A DNA stretch of 64,000 nucleotides, from contig CM120648.1 of assembly GCA_051362555.1 (NCBI GenBank), positions 1,403,721 through 1,467,720 on the forward strand, read 5' to 3'. The notes beneath the pieces are model-generated. The model was not told the DNA's origin and searched no databases. It was given only the letters and a program-made list of their open reading frames with translations. Position 1 is the first letter of the stretch. Each line of letters starts with the position of its first letter. Both the position numbers and the translations under genes were made by a program. Below are positions 51,481 through 64,000 of this stretch, in pieces. The DNA is from Lingula anatina (lineage: Eukaryota > Animalia > Brachiopoda).

Positions 51481-54400
51481 GTTTGGGTTCAGGCTTTAAA
51501 ACTAACTTGCCCTAATTTTGAATGTAAATTGGGTCACACAATTTCGTTCTCTCGGAAGTTTTCAGGAAGACTTTATTTGAAGTTTTTAAAGTCTAGTTAC
51601 TATGTAAATGTTTCTTTGTTTCTCCACATATAAGGAAATTCTTTTTGGATATTATGTAGAATTTATTTATTCATCAGCTGTTGAACGGGGTGAGTTATTT
51701 GACGACTCTTCAGTCTCAATTTTATTTTATTTTTTTTTTTCGTGCATTATTTGTATTACAAATTCAGTCTTATCAGTCTTTACTCGCGCGTTGAGGAACG
51801 GGATACTTAAACATTTGAATCACAAAAAACAGTTTTACTCCCATGCAAAATTAACACAAACTGATGCTCTGAATTCAAATTTCAAATTCTGCATGCATCT
51901 ATATTTTGCAAAGATACCTCCAGCTGTTTGGGACGTTACCCCCCATGTTACCCCCCCCCCCCCTCCACCCACTGCAACATTGAAGATGACCCAAAGTCTC
52001 GCAACTTAGCATAAAAGCAAGCCAGATTGTGTTAGATTTTTAGGAGATTGGGGTCACATATAATGGCATAGTATATCTATTTTTCATGGTGTTTTTCTTG
52101 CGGTTTTCTTTTACATTCAGTAGAATGAATAATGTGCACAATACTATTTATACATGTATAGTAAGTTCAGTTTTTCATGTTAGTCTGTATTGCTTTCTTA
52201 GAAAATCTACAGTTTCACTTTGATGCATGTATTCGTGAAAAGTTTAGCCTGTGGCTTTGTTATCTCAGTAAAACGGCCTGTTGTTTGGCTTCTTTGACTT
52301 TCGACCACAAAGCCTGACTTAAGACCACAAAGTCCAGTTCTGAAGCCAGTGAAGCAAGACAAAACATTTTAACCTGGTCCTTGTGATATCATACTTTCTA
52401 TCTAGTCAGAGAGTGGTTATTTCTGTTAATTACTTAGTGTTGGAAAAAGGAGAAATTGACTGTTAAAATGATGACATAGTAGTTTGTAAAGATTTCTTTT
52501 CTGAAGTAAATTATCACAGTAGGTAGTTATTCATGTATCTTTTAATTCAGACGCATATTGGCTAGGATCACATGAATGTGGGCTAGAACATTTAATTGTT
52601 TGGAAAGCTGTTGAGTTGTTTGTTTATGCTTGTACCCCGATAAACAATCATTTGGGACCTGAATGAATCCAGGTCAGTCAGTTAAGTTATAGATATAGGA
52701 TAACATGGTCAAGGATAAACCTGTGATCTAGAAATAATAAGGTTATCATTATATATTTATCAAACTGAAATATCAAACTCAATAAAATGTGCTGAAAATG
52801 TCGCCATAAATCTCATTTGTCTTATAACTTAAATGCAAATGTCTAACTCAGTTTATCTGGTTGAAAATAATATAAAGCTTAAAACTTGTATTTGTTGTTG
52901 GACAGATTGTCAGTGTTGTTCAAACTATTTCAAAGATTTAGCATTTTAAAGCAAAAAATATGCTAGATTGAACATTTAACATACTATAGTACCTTGGCTA
53001 AAATATGTATATAAGCGGTACGATCAAAGGAAGTTATATAGGTCACTTATGCAATTATTGTTTTCCCAGGGACTTAACTCTCTTTACACTGACTTTCCCT
53101 GTCAACCAAGGTCTAATGACTAAAATTTTTTCCAAAAAATTATTCTCCAATGATTTGGTATTGAGCTTCTTATGCCAGTCTAATGGCCTTAATCTTTTCA
53201 GGTGATGTTTTGACTTTGACTCGCGAGGTGCTCTATTTTAAGATGAAAGTGAAATCATATATTTAAATTATAATGTTTTTCTTTTTCTTTGTGGTGCATT
53301 TTATACAGATTTTTAACCTTGTGCAACAAACCTTTATTACATTGCATTAGTTTAGTCAAGTAGTTATTGAAGCAAGGGTGGGGGGGGGGGTGTCATCCTG
53401 TCAACTGAGTTAACCAGATTACGATCTCCAATTAGGAGTCTAAACATGTCTTTGGTCAGGTTAAGTATGTGTGTCCTTACAGATCAACAAAGGAGGTTTT
53501 GTGTTGTAAACAACACTGTGGCATCATCTCAGGTGGGGCAATTACTCTCTAAATAGAAGCAAAACTGATGATTACATAACCCAAACAGTGCCTGGATATT
53601 TACACCTCAAAATGATTACTGTTTATTCAAAATGTTTGGAGTTGACACTTTATTTTGTATCAGTCATTTGTAAATTTTTGTTTACAACTGAAAGGAGATA
53701 TCTTGAAAATGAAAACAATATGGTGAATAAGAGAAGTGTTTGAAATTTGTAAGACATGAGATAATATGTGTGGAAAGAAATGTTTTCAAGATATTTTTTG
53801 TGCTTTAATACAAGGTTGCAATATTTTTGCATATTTACTATCTTGGACAAGGGAAAACTTTTTTGTGTTAACTGTTAATTTCTGACTTATGATGAGACTT
53901 TTTAGAAGGGATGGAGGATGTCTCTAAGCTAGGACCCCAAAATGTAGAAAATTTATTTAAAAAATTGATATGGTATGAAAATATGGAGATAGTATTACTA
54001 TATATATCTATAAGCGATACTGATTCAGACGTTAAAAAGGCTACACCTAGCTATAAATACACCATTTATTCCAGACATATTGATTCCAGTATCGTTTTAT
54101 AACAGATCATTTCAAACATTTGGTGCTTGACATGTTTGATGAGTAAACAAAGTTGTTGTTTTTACCTAAGATCTAATAAACAGAAAGATTGGACACTCGG
54201 CGATTCTTCAAAGGGTAATCCGATTAACTGTGGAAAGACGTTCGTACGGCGGAAGTAGTCAGTCGCGTTGTGATCGTGCGCAGGTAGAGCTCTGTTGCAT
54301 GTGGGCGATTTCAAGGTAGGTAAATTACCTCTTTTAGTCTTGTAGTTTCTCTGAGAATGTATGTGCAGAAGGGAAAACTAACAGGGTTCACTTGTGTGTA

Positions 54401-54659
54401 AAATATGCAATATTTTGGAGCAGATATTATCGTGAAAATTTGCCTTCAATCCGTTGTTGCATTCAAATTAGCAATATGGCGACAGACAAGCGAGTTTGAA
54501 TGCTTTGTTACCTAAGGTCTAACACGGGGAGTTTAACTTTATGTACGTTGGTTTTTATATTACTGATGACTGAATAACACTGTCGTTTTATTGGTTGATA
54601 ATTTAATTTATAGTAGCTTCGTTTTCTATGAAAATTTAAACAATACTTCGGGCAATAAA

Positions 54660-55237
54660 GCAAAATGGCGGTGCTGATCATAATCGCCGGGGTTAAAATG
54701 CACAGCCGAACACGAAAGTGGATCTAAACAATGCGTTGGCAGTTTAACTTTGTCCATCTAAAAAAGTAGTGGAAGGTCGTAGGGTCAAACTTAGCTAAAA
54801 TTTAGCTTTTTTTCTTAGGAATATTTAACGGTAAAAATGACAATAACACAAGATGGCGGCGACTTTTGTTATCGATGGGCTTCAAATGCACAGCCGAACA
54901 CGAAATTAGATCTGTACTATGCATTGGCAGTTAAACTGTGTTCATCTAAAAAAGTAGAAGAAGGTCGTAGGGTCAAACTTAGCTAAACTTAAGCTTTTTT
55001 CGTTAGGAATATTTAACGGTAAAGATGACAATAAAACAAGATGGCGGCGACTTTTGTTATCGATGGGCTTCAAATGCACAGCCGAACACGAAATTAGATC
55101 TGTACTATGCATTGGCAGTTAACCTGTGTTCATCTAAAAAAGTAGTGGAAGGTCGTAGGGTCAAACTTAGCTCAAATTTAGTTTTTTTTCTTAGAAATAT
55201 TTATCGGTAAAGATGACAATAAAACAAGATGGCGGGG
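54660..55237 (+). repeat. ~189-bp tandem repeat x3 inside the TIR element
   Basis: The unit aagatggcggcgacttttgttatcgatggg...gacaataaaac recurs at ~54662, ~54850, ~55038 and ~55226. Confidence 0.85.
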
Positions 55238-55347
55238 ACTACAACTGGTGATATTTTTATCCAGGATTTATACCTAAGTAATGAGAAGATTGCGTGAAAA
55301 TGTGCCTCACATCCTTATTATTTTTTTTTGTTTTGTTTTGTTTTCAG

Positions 55348-56090
55348 ATGCCATTAAAATGGGTCAAGGCCCGCAGGAGAAAAAATAAAGAGCAAAATCT
55401 GGCAGCAAAATCAAAAGGTAAGCTTTCTGGTCTATAACTAGAACTTTTTAGTTTATGGAGTTGAAAGTAAAATGTCTTACATACATGGGCACTATCAATC
55501 TGTCCCTTGTGTGTCATGCTCAGTAAGATATTTCCACTGTACCGACAACATTATTACAAGTATCGGATTTCCACTGTACCAACAACATTATTACCAGTAT
55601 CGGATACAAAAAGGCAGGTGCAATCACCACAGTGGATTGAGTGGAATTATACAAATGACAAATAATAAGAGACTAGCACATGTCAGAACCTTTTTAACAG
55701 TAAAATATTATTTTATTATTTCGGGTGAATGTCATAATGCAAGTGTTGCAGATGATTTAGATGCACCACTGTCAAGTTTGCAAAGTGATTGTAAACAATC
55801 AAAAAGACACACAGATGTATTAAATAAGCAAAATGGTAAGCTGCCCGAAATTAAATATTTAATTTTTGCTCGATAGTTTTACAAGTGCACGAAAAGCTAG
55901 GTCAGTGTTGTCCGTACCGTGGATTTTAACATAACATGAGCAATTAACACGTCAGCATCTTTTTAACTGTGTCATAATATTTTTTCAGATATATGTTGCA
56001 ATGGAAGTGATTCTGATGACGACGTACCTCTGTCAAGTTAACTCGGTGCTACTCAAGAACCTGACAGGCACATTGATATTTCAGCAAATG
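55348..56090 (+). pseudogene. Decayed spliced gene fragment inside the TIR element
   Basis: Exon-like blocks ~55348-55417 (cag/gtaag), ~55725-55834 (acceptor cgg instead of cag; donor gtaag) and 55989 onwards (cag). They encode ..ADDLDAPLSSL.. and ..DSDDDVPLSS* with an in-frame stop. Confidence 0.5.
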
Positions 56091-57656
56091 GACCACCTTG
56101 AAACTAGCCATATGTTGTTCTTCATGAAAAACAAATATATCACTATAAATTGTCTCCCTTCTGTAAACTCTGAAGTTTAGTTTCTGACAAGTCTAGGTTG
56201 GAATTAGTCAGTAGTGCTCTTAACAATAGATAAATATTATCATCACGTGCATAATTTTTATTGAATGAGATATTAATGTTGAAACAAGTCAAAATAGGGG
56301 GAAAATGCTATAATTCTTTGTCATGTGAAACTAGTACTCCTAAATAAATTACCTATCTGTTGTGATTGTGTAACAGTCAGTGGTATCTAAAGGTGTTAAC
56401 ATTTTTATTTGCATTTCAATATCTGTGCCTTATTAAATCTATAATAAAATGCGTATGAACAGAATATGACTTGTATTATGTTACTATATCAGCCAGAAAT
56501 GAATGATCAGTTTTAAATGCTAAATCTGATGAAATATTGATAATTTTTAGCAATCATCTTTTATTTAGTCATTTTTAGTGAGATGGCAAACAAAATTGTT
56601 ACACATATTATTCTTCCAATACATTCTGTGGAAGATGTTCAAAAGACATTTGTTTCAAAACAGATTTTGCAGAGTTTAAAAATATGTGCATGATTATGAA
56701 GTCGCAAGGAAACTATATTGCATGTGTTCTTTATAAATATGAAAAAACGAGTTTACTTTTATTGATTGTCAGTATAAAGATATGTCTTACCTTTCACTAT
56801 CATTATGAAGTAGGTACCCAAATTAGTGTTTGTGAAAGTGAAATTAAAAACTACTTTTTCTTAAAGGATTTTTTTTTCAGTCCTTTTTGTTTCACTGATT
56901 TGCTACGAATATTCTGGTGAATTTGAATTGATTATGCTCTAAAAGAATGACCGCTAATAGTGACAAAGTTTTACAAACATGCATAACAGATCAAGTTTCT
57001 GTTTTGGTGTAGCTTCACCATTCAGTTTCTCCCAGTGATTAGCATGACCTTATTGTCCAAAACGGCATCGAATATCACTATCTGTTACGTTGATGATCTC
57101 GTCACGTTTCCGGCTATATCTCCACGTTGAGTCAATTTCTATAAAATGGCAGCTTTTGTTACAGGGAGTGCGCTATTGGGTATTGCCTCCTCTGAATATA
57201 AAGTATTAAGACAACTACGAAATGTAAACAAACTGTACATCTTTAGAACTTTTTAATAAAAAAAAAAACTCGTGTGCCATTGCTTATCCAATATGGCGGA
57301 TCTACTTGACGACGATGTGGCGTCCGCGAGAATGCACGAGAAATCACGCTATTCGCTAAACACGGGTTAGGTACAATGGGGATTAAAATTAAGCCCGGCT
57401 ATCAAAACAACTTAAGGGGAACAATAGAGCAATGTTTACCCGTACGAACGTCTGGTCAAAGGGAAAATGCCGCTGTCCAATCTTTCTGTTTATTAGATCT
57501 TAGTTTTTACCAACCATTGCGACTAGGCAGTGGATGGGAATGGGATTGTTAGTCGCTAAACTGCTAAACTGTGTTTGAAATGTTATACCTTGTAGTTAAA
57601 TATGTCAGAAAGACAACAGTGACTGCTTTGCTTGTGGTGTTGATCTCTCTCTCTCC

Positions 57657-57709
<53 letters not shown>

Positions 57710-59863
57710 CCAATGTTTTATCATTATTGGTAAAACAATGTTCCAATTTATGCTATTAGTGTTATATAGTTTTAAACAGCATGACTTGTGATTATTCATT
57801 TTATTACAAACTGAATGGACAGATACTGGTTAATAGGTCAAGTTTATAATCTGAAATTTGAAGAAGGTGCAGATTAAAAGTCTTGTGTACAGCTGACTGG
57901 GCAAATAATTAATTTTTTTAGCATGTGCATTTCATTTAAATTGTGCAGAAAACTGGTAGTCATTGGTGATTTGTGTGAGCTACATGGAATGTGCACAGCT
58001 GTACTCTTGCTTGTTTGATAAAAAATGGATTAAGGCTGGATGTAGATAATCTGTGACAAACAGGCATGCTTGCGCGCATGCACACACATATTCACACGCA
58101 CAGGTATCGTTTATATAAAGTGTTTGGCCTAAATACCTGTATTTTAACCTAGACTATGTTAAATACACTGTAATCAGGGGACCAGATAAGGATTATGGAG
58201 GGCTAATCACTTGGACTGATAAATCGTGAACCTATTGTTATAGGTAGATACATTAACCCCGAGTTTATTAATTACGTGTTGTTATTTCATTTTGGGTGTT
58301 TACACTTGTTTCCATTAACGCTAATCTATTTCGCTCCAAGTGACATCATTCTTCCATAATTGTAATCAAGGAGGAATGTCCACAGCATGAGTCGAAATGT
58401 TTAAATCAAGTCTGGGTCAATTTCATTTAAAGAACTTCAGTCCAAAAATTTGTCTTCATTATAGGCCAAAATTCTTGATGTCTTCGGTGAACTGAAATGT
58501 TTAGTCGCAGATCTGTTTTAAAACAATAAAGAAATGCTTCAGACCAGTTATTATTTGATTAGATTACTATCAATATATGTAAAACTGAATTGGACCAAAT
58601 AGTTTTCGGTCCAACAGCATTGGCAAGTTCTGTACTAACGTCAGCTGGATTGTAACAGATATGCCCCATTGGCTGCTAGTGTGAATGCCCCTCTGGCTGT
58701 ATCAGCGTGACCCACGGACTGATAAAGTGATAAGGTTTTGACAGTAAATTTGGAAACTTTAATTTTGGATATCTATATGGCAGTCGGTATGTGTACCACC
58801 TTTCTGTTTGCAGTCCTGTTCTTTTGCTTTATTTTCTTATGTATGGACTAGTTAGCCTCTAGGTTCAGTATATATGCTTAGTGTAATTTAAAATTCGTCA
58901 AGAATTTTATTTTACACTTCATGTTTTTTACTGCACTCATTTCATTGGTGTTTTTCTTTTCTGGATATTGTAAGACAGTAGAATTGTTGGAGCTTGACAT
59001 ATTTAAATATTATGTAGTATAGTTGCATATTATATTATATATATTAATTCAGTTTTTCCCACTGAAATGCAGTTGGTTCAAAAAGCGATCACAAAAATGA
59101 TGAATGAACTAAAGACAGAAGGCTTGCCTAGAATATTCTTATCTTTATTAATTTAAAACACAGTAAGGGAACAAATTGTTGGGTCAAACTAATGACACAT
59201 TTGCTTGGAATGAGGAGGGAAAACTAATTAAATGTGACCATTTTGAGGAATTTTTTAATGTAACTAAACCACAAAAATTCAGTTAATGCAACAAGATATA
59301 ATTGCAAAGGGTTTCATTTTTTCCTCTTTGTAATCAAATGTCAAAAATTCAGGACGTAAGACAAGATACGCTAAGTAGGGCAGGTGATAATGGATGTTTG
59401 TCAAAATAAGATGTATATGATTCCAGTAATCTAGAAGGAAGTAAAAAGCAGGCATAGGGCAATGTTTGGAGGGGTGGAGAAAAAAAAAGAACATTGTTGG
59501 GTATTAGAAACTTAAAAGGCTCGTTTAACTAGATTGCAGTTTAATGGAAGTAAGTCACTGATTTAGTCATCACTGTAGCCACCTCTCTGTTAAATATAGG
59601 CCTAGCAAAAATCAGGGTAATTACCCAAATTGGCACAACTTTGGCTAGGCGTGGCAAGTGTTGTTATAGCTGTCATGTAAAGGTCGCCATTACAGTTGTT
59701 TTAAATTCTGAGTAGCAAATATGGGAACTGAAATTATCCTGTTCTGACAGCTTGATTATATCATGAAAATGTTTATCCTTTTTGCTCCAGATGTGCAGTG
59801 AAGTTGTCCATCTATAACCCCGCGTGAGCAGTGAGAGATGGAAGTGTAGGTGGCAGCAGCAGC

Positions 59864-60099
59864 ATGGGTCCTTACCAGTTGGATTACTGGTCCACGGAGA
59901 ACTCCAACCCTTGTATTAATGTGGACTGCCTGCTGCCCACTGGGCTCCTAGTACCCCTCCTGGTCTACAAAGATGCCACGTTGGAGCAGATTAAACAGGT
60001 AGGGGGTATCTCTGACACCTCCCCCTCCCCCCCCCCCCCTCCTCCTCCAAAAAGAGAAAAAGAAGTGAGATATGTAGATATGTTATATCATTCAGTTAA

Positions 60100-60159
<60 letters not shown>

Positions 60160-60386
60160 ATGTGATGCAAATTATGGTTTTCTGAGTAGTACCTATAATT
60201 ATTACCATCATGAAGGACACAAGGTCTTCACTCTCTATGGTTCTTTATTGTTTATGTGAAGAAATGATATTGAGCTTTGTCTCTCCCTAGGAATTATGGA
60301 AGGAAGCACAGAAGCTCCCCCTGTATGGGAAGCTAGAGGGCATCAATGAGTATCTCTTCATGTGTATTAACCAGACGGCGGAACAG
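59864..60386 (+). CDS. Class I phosphoinositide 3-kinase catalytic subunit (p110 beta/delta-like), first two coding exons; continues beyond the window
   Basis: Exons 59864-59998 and 60291-60386 give MGPYQLDYWS..INVDCLLPTGLLVPLLVYKDATLEQIKQ|ELWKEAQKLPLYGKL...YLFMCINQTAEQ, the adaptor (p85)-binding domain of class IA p110. Acceptor at 59790. A likely non-coding first exon ends near 51476 (aagcag|gtgagt). Confidence 0.9.
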
Positions 60387-60404
60387 GTAATGACAGCATC
60401 ATTA

Positions 60405-62308
60405 GTACCACCAGCGTATACGCTGGTGGTACTCATGGTTTTAGTCCCGACCCGTCTCGTACAGCTCCGCCGGCTCCGCCGGCTCCTGCGGCTCCGCAGT
60501 CGGGCGCCGGAAACAAGTCACCGTTACTGCTTCTCCTCCTAGACCGCCAGGACCTGTGTCCCCATCTCTTGGATTTAGGTCACATATAATCTCAACTTGA
60601 ACACCCTGTTTTTTTTTATCTCTGTCGGTGCATTGGCCTGGGCGTGACACTTGTTGAAACGCACCCTTGTCAAAATTTTTGAAAATTCAAGGCTAAATAT
60701 CTCCCAAACCAAAGGAATTATGGGAAAAATTACTACAGAAGTCTGACCGAAACTCATATGTGGAGATTCCAAATATGCCCTTGGATTTGACTTTTGACCT
60801 TTTTTCAAGGTCAAACAAGCCAAAATTTTCTAAAAAATGGGAATTTTCTGCAAAAAAATATTTGTTTGTGCTATTTTTTGGAAACTACACAGATCTAAGC
60901 TCTCCTGTTACAGTGAGGGGTTACAATTGGGGACTCCTTTCATCTTTGGGAGTTTGGGGTCAATCGGTGCATTTTCACGGGAGAAGCAGCCATTAGATCC
61001 CGAAACTGAAAACTTGTTTTTATTCTGGAATGGTAAATGCCAGAAACCTTTTGTTCATAGCATTTTGTAGAACTTGTCAAGTGCAATACTGGAGGTGGTG
61101 TCCATTTTTTTGTTTTCGATATGGTTAAGGCATTGCGCTATATCAAAAATTACAACATTGCAATATTCAGTGGGGAAAATGATAAATATTCCAAAATTAG
61201 CAGAGATATGCCCATAGTTACTATTGAACTTGAGTAAGAAGTCATATACTGGTAATCTAACTGTGACCTTGAAATTGACCTTTGACCTACATTTCATGAT
61301 GAACTGCACTTTGAAGTTTTCTGATCTTTATATCTCCAAAACTGGCAAAGATACGCCCATAGTTACTATTGAACTTGAATAGGAAGTTATATACTGTTAA
61401 TCTAACTGTGACCTTTAAATTGACATTTGACCTACTTTTCACCATGAACTGAACTTTGCAAATTTTCCAGCCCTTATAACTCCAAAACTGGCAGAGATAC
61501 ACCCATAGTTACTGTTAAACATGAATAGGAAGTCATATACTGGCATTCTTATTGTGACCTTGAAATTGACCTTTGACCTACTTTTCAACATGAACTGAAC
61601 TTTGCAAATTTTCTATCCCTTATATCTCGAAAACTGGCAGAGATAGGTCCAAAGTTACTATTGAACTTGAATAGAAAGTCATAAACTGGCAATCTTACTG
61701 TGACCTTGAAATTGACCTTTGACCTACTATTTATGTTGAACTGCACTTTGCATGTTTCCTGGCCTTCATATCTCCAACATTGGTAAAGAAATGCCCATAG
61801 CTACTATTGAACCTTTATAGGAAGTCATATACTGTGGCCTTGAAATTGACCTTTGACCTACCTTTTTACCACAAACTGAACTCTGCATATTTTCGTGCCC
61901 TTCATATCTTCAAAACTAGCAGAGATCTGCTCAGTGTTGTCCCTAGGTTTTCTCTTTTGTCAGCATACCGGTATATGCAATACTGATAATGCATTTCAAG
62001 GAAAACCAATAGGCCTATTGTCTAGAAAATCACAAGAGTGATCAGTGTTAGGAAAATATAGGTCAATTTGAACATCTCCTTGATTGGACCATTTTAACTG
62101 TTATGTTTTTTTGATTTTTTTTTTTTTTTTTGTGCATATTTTGAGAACTCTTGTTTATTGCATTTTATAGAGCTTGTCAAGCACAAGACTGGTGGTGGTG
62201 TCCAATTTTTTTTTATTATTTTTTTGGGGGGGGGGTGTCCTTACGAATGTGCTTACTCCAGCTGGTGGTACAATATCCAGAGGCGGTATCGCCTCTCTGA
62301 TCCTCTAG
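60405..62308 (+). mobile_element. Helentron/HINE-like element (family H2) in a PI3K intron, ~5 x 146-bp units
   Basis: gtaccaccagcgtatacgctggtggtac at the 5' end, ccggctccg repeats, a tandem array at ~61195-61925, and 3' gaggcggtatcgcctc...ctag|ttt. Confidence 0.85.
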
Positions 62309-62580
62309 TTTTATGATTAATATTGACATTATTGATATTATTGACATCAATATTTTATGTCTGTAAAGGCATTTATCAAATTTTGTGGAATAAAATCAAA
62401 TTTCCTTGAAAATTCAGCTAGATTTTCGATTATTGTCAGGCATAGATATCATAAAACAAGTCTTGTGATTATGAACAATTTTGAACAGGCAGATATATAT
62501 TAAAGGATATTTTTGTGGACATAGTGTCAGAGCACACACATACAGGATCATGCATGCATCCTCACATAGTCTTGTATTTA

Positions 62581-62796
62581 GGGCTGTATTCCCAGAGCTT
62601 TTAGATCGATCTATCCCCGCGGGGAGTCTCACTAGATTACTGTCAGATAATCCGGCTTAAATGTCCGTCCCACCCACTACAAGCTGTAAGGGGGTAATTA
62701 ACTTTCGTGTGCGTTCGGCTGACAGCTATTTAGCATGAACCCCCAGGGAGTTAGGTCGATCTAAAGTAGATCGATCTAATCTCTGGAAATGGGGTC
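62581..62796 (+). mobile_element. MITE family A copy
   Basis: gggctgtattcccagagcttttagatcgatcta...tagatcgatctaatctctggaaatggggtc. Confidence 0.85.
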
Positions 62797-62857
62797 TAGG
62801 ATCACATGCATAAATGTGTTCACAGACCAGTACTATTGCATTCACCTCTCTCCCTGA

Positions 62858-62883
62858 CTCTCTCTCTCTCTCTCTCTCTCTCA

Positions 62884-62926
<43 letters not shown>
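62858..62926. repeat. Compound (CT)n(CA)n microsatellite (one of many: AG at 8346, 37019, 57645, 60103; AAT at 1484, 38129, 42382; AAAT at 11758; AT at 22905)
   Basis: Directly visible simple repeats. Confidence 0.95.
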
Positions 62927-62928
<2 letters not shown>

Positions 62929-63151
62929 TGGTAGCAAAATTCCAGCCTGGAGATAATAGAAACAGAAACCTAGTTATCAGTCCTTAACAAAGTTTTCCAA
63001 CAGATTTACCCTAAAAGCAAGTGACATGCCCACTTCCCTTATCAGGTCTCCATGTTGACACACATGTTTATAATACTAATACAAATACACTTCACTTCAT
63101 AAGAAGTAACTGAAAACCTGCACCCCTTATATATCTGACTGCTCCGTCTTA

Positions 63152-63366
63152 GGCTGTCTTCCCAGGGCTTTTAGATCGATCTGTCCCTGCGGGGAGTCTC
63201 ACTAGATTACTGTCAGATAATCCGGCTTAAATGTCCGTCCCGCCTGCTACAAGCTGTAAGGGGGTAATTAACTTTCGTGTCTGCCCGGCTGACAACTATT
63301 TAGCGTGAACCCCCAGGGAGTTAGGTCGATCTAAAGTAGATCGATCTAATCTCTGGAAATGGGGTC
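63152..63366 (+). mobile_element. MITE family A copy (TTA TSD)
   Basis: TTA at 63149-63151 and 63367-63369. Confidence 0.85.
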
Positions 63367-64000
63367 TTAGTCTCGGGGGCCTTTTCACATCAGTTTTAAA
63401 TAAAAGCTATTTGCAGACCAGGTGGCATGATTTTTTACCCTTGGTTAAATATAGTGAGATACAGTGGGGATTCCTCTGGAAAAGTCTGTTTGAGTTATTT
63501 TGTTGACTAATTAGGAATTAATTCATGTTTAAGTTTGGTCTGGTAAGAACCGGTGCTTAGATCTGGCTGTCTTTTCTTTTTGTCTTTAAAATTTATATTT
63601 GAAATGGAGTGCATGGGTAAATACCAGACCATCCTCATAGATTATTCAGAAAAAAATGTACAGCACAAAATTAATGCATATTTCAAGATTAAATAGTTCA
63701 AGGGATCAAGAAAAAAAACTACTAGTACTAAGCTGGATGGACAATATTTATGAGTGACTTCATGAATGAAATTTTAGAAAGAAAAAACAATGGGAACAAC
63801 AAGCATACATTACTTCTGTCTTGCCAATCAGGATTGTGTACTTTAGATTAGTAGGTAATTCTGTGGAATGCTGACAGCATTGTTTTCCCTACCACAGATT
63901 GTTATTAAATTACAGTTACAGGAGAAGAAAAATAGATGCCAGACATTATAAAGTCCATGTTGAAAAAAAGTTGTGGAGTTGACAAATTCTTTATTTAAAA

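Larger units (their letters stand above)
54167..57502. mobile_element. 3.3-kb non-autonomous TIR DNA transposon with 9-bp TSD (Mutator-like/unclassified)
   Basis: Perfect ~29-bp TIR TAAGATCTAATAAACAGAAAGATTGGACA, plus subterminal agacgttcgtacgg/ccgtacgaacgtct. Flanking direct repeat GTTTTTACC at 54158-54166 and 57503-57511. Confidence 0.9.

Overview
Eukaryotic, AT-rich, intron-rich animal genomic DNA. It is probably an invertebrate, and the repeat families look molluscan/lophotrochozoan (inference only). Five spliced protein-coding genes can be built by hand from splice sites. (1) The 3' end of a circadian period (per) gene on +, which unusually carries TWO copies of the C-terminal CRY-binding (Period_C-type) domain. 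(2) A complete 15-exon ATAD3 on -. (3) An unrecognised small AT-hook gene on -, built from four 'phi-x-R-x-x-T-M-x-x-T-A-K|E-G' repeats, with an apparent alternative Pro-rich branch ending in CaaX. (4) A complete 23-exon VPS16 on -, with two minor-spliceosome (U12) introns. (5) The 5' end of a class I PI3K p110 (beta/delta-like) gene on +, head-to-head with VPS16. Introns hold many non-autonomous DNA transposons: Harbinger/Tourist-like MITEs, Helentron/HINE-like elements with internal tandem repeats, a Kolobok-like MITE, a Tc1-like MITE and a 3.3-kb TIR element carrying a decayed spliced gene. No tRNA, rRNA or CRISPR is evident. All identifications come from motif recognition by eye, not database searches.
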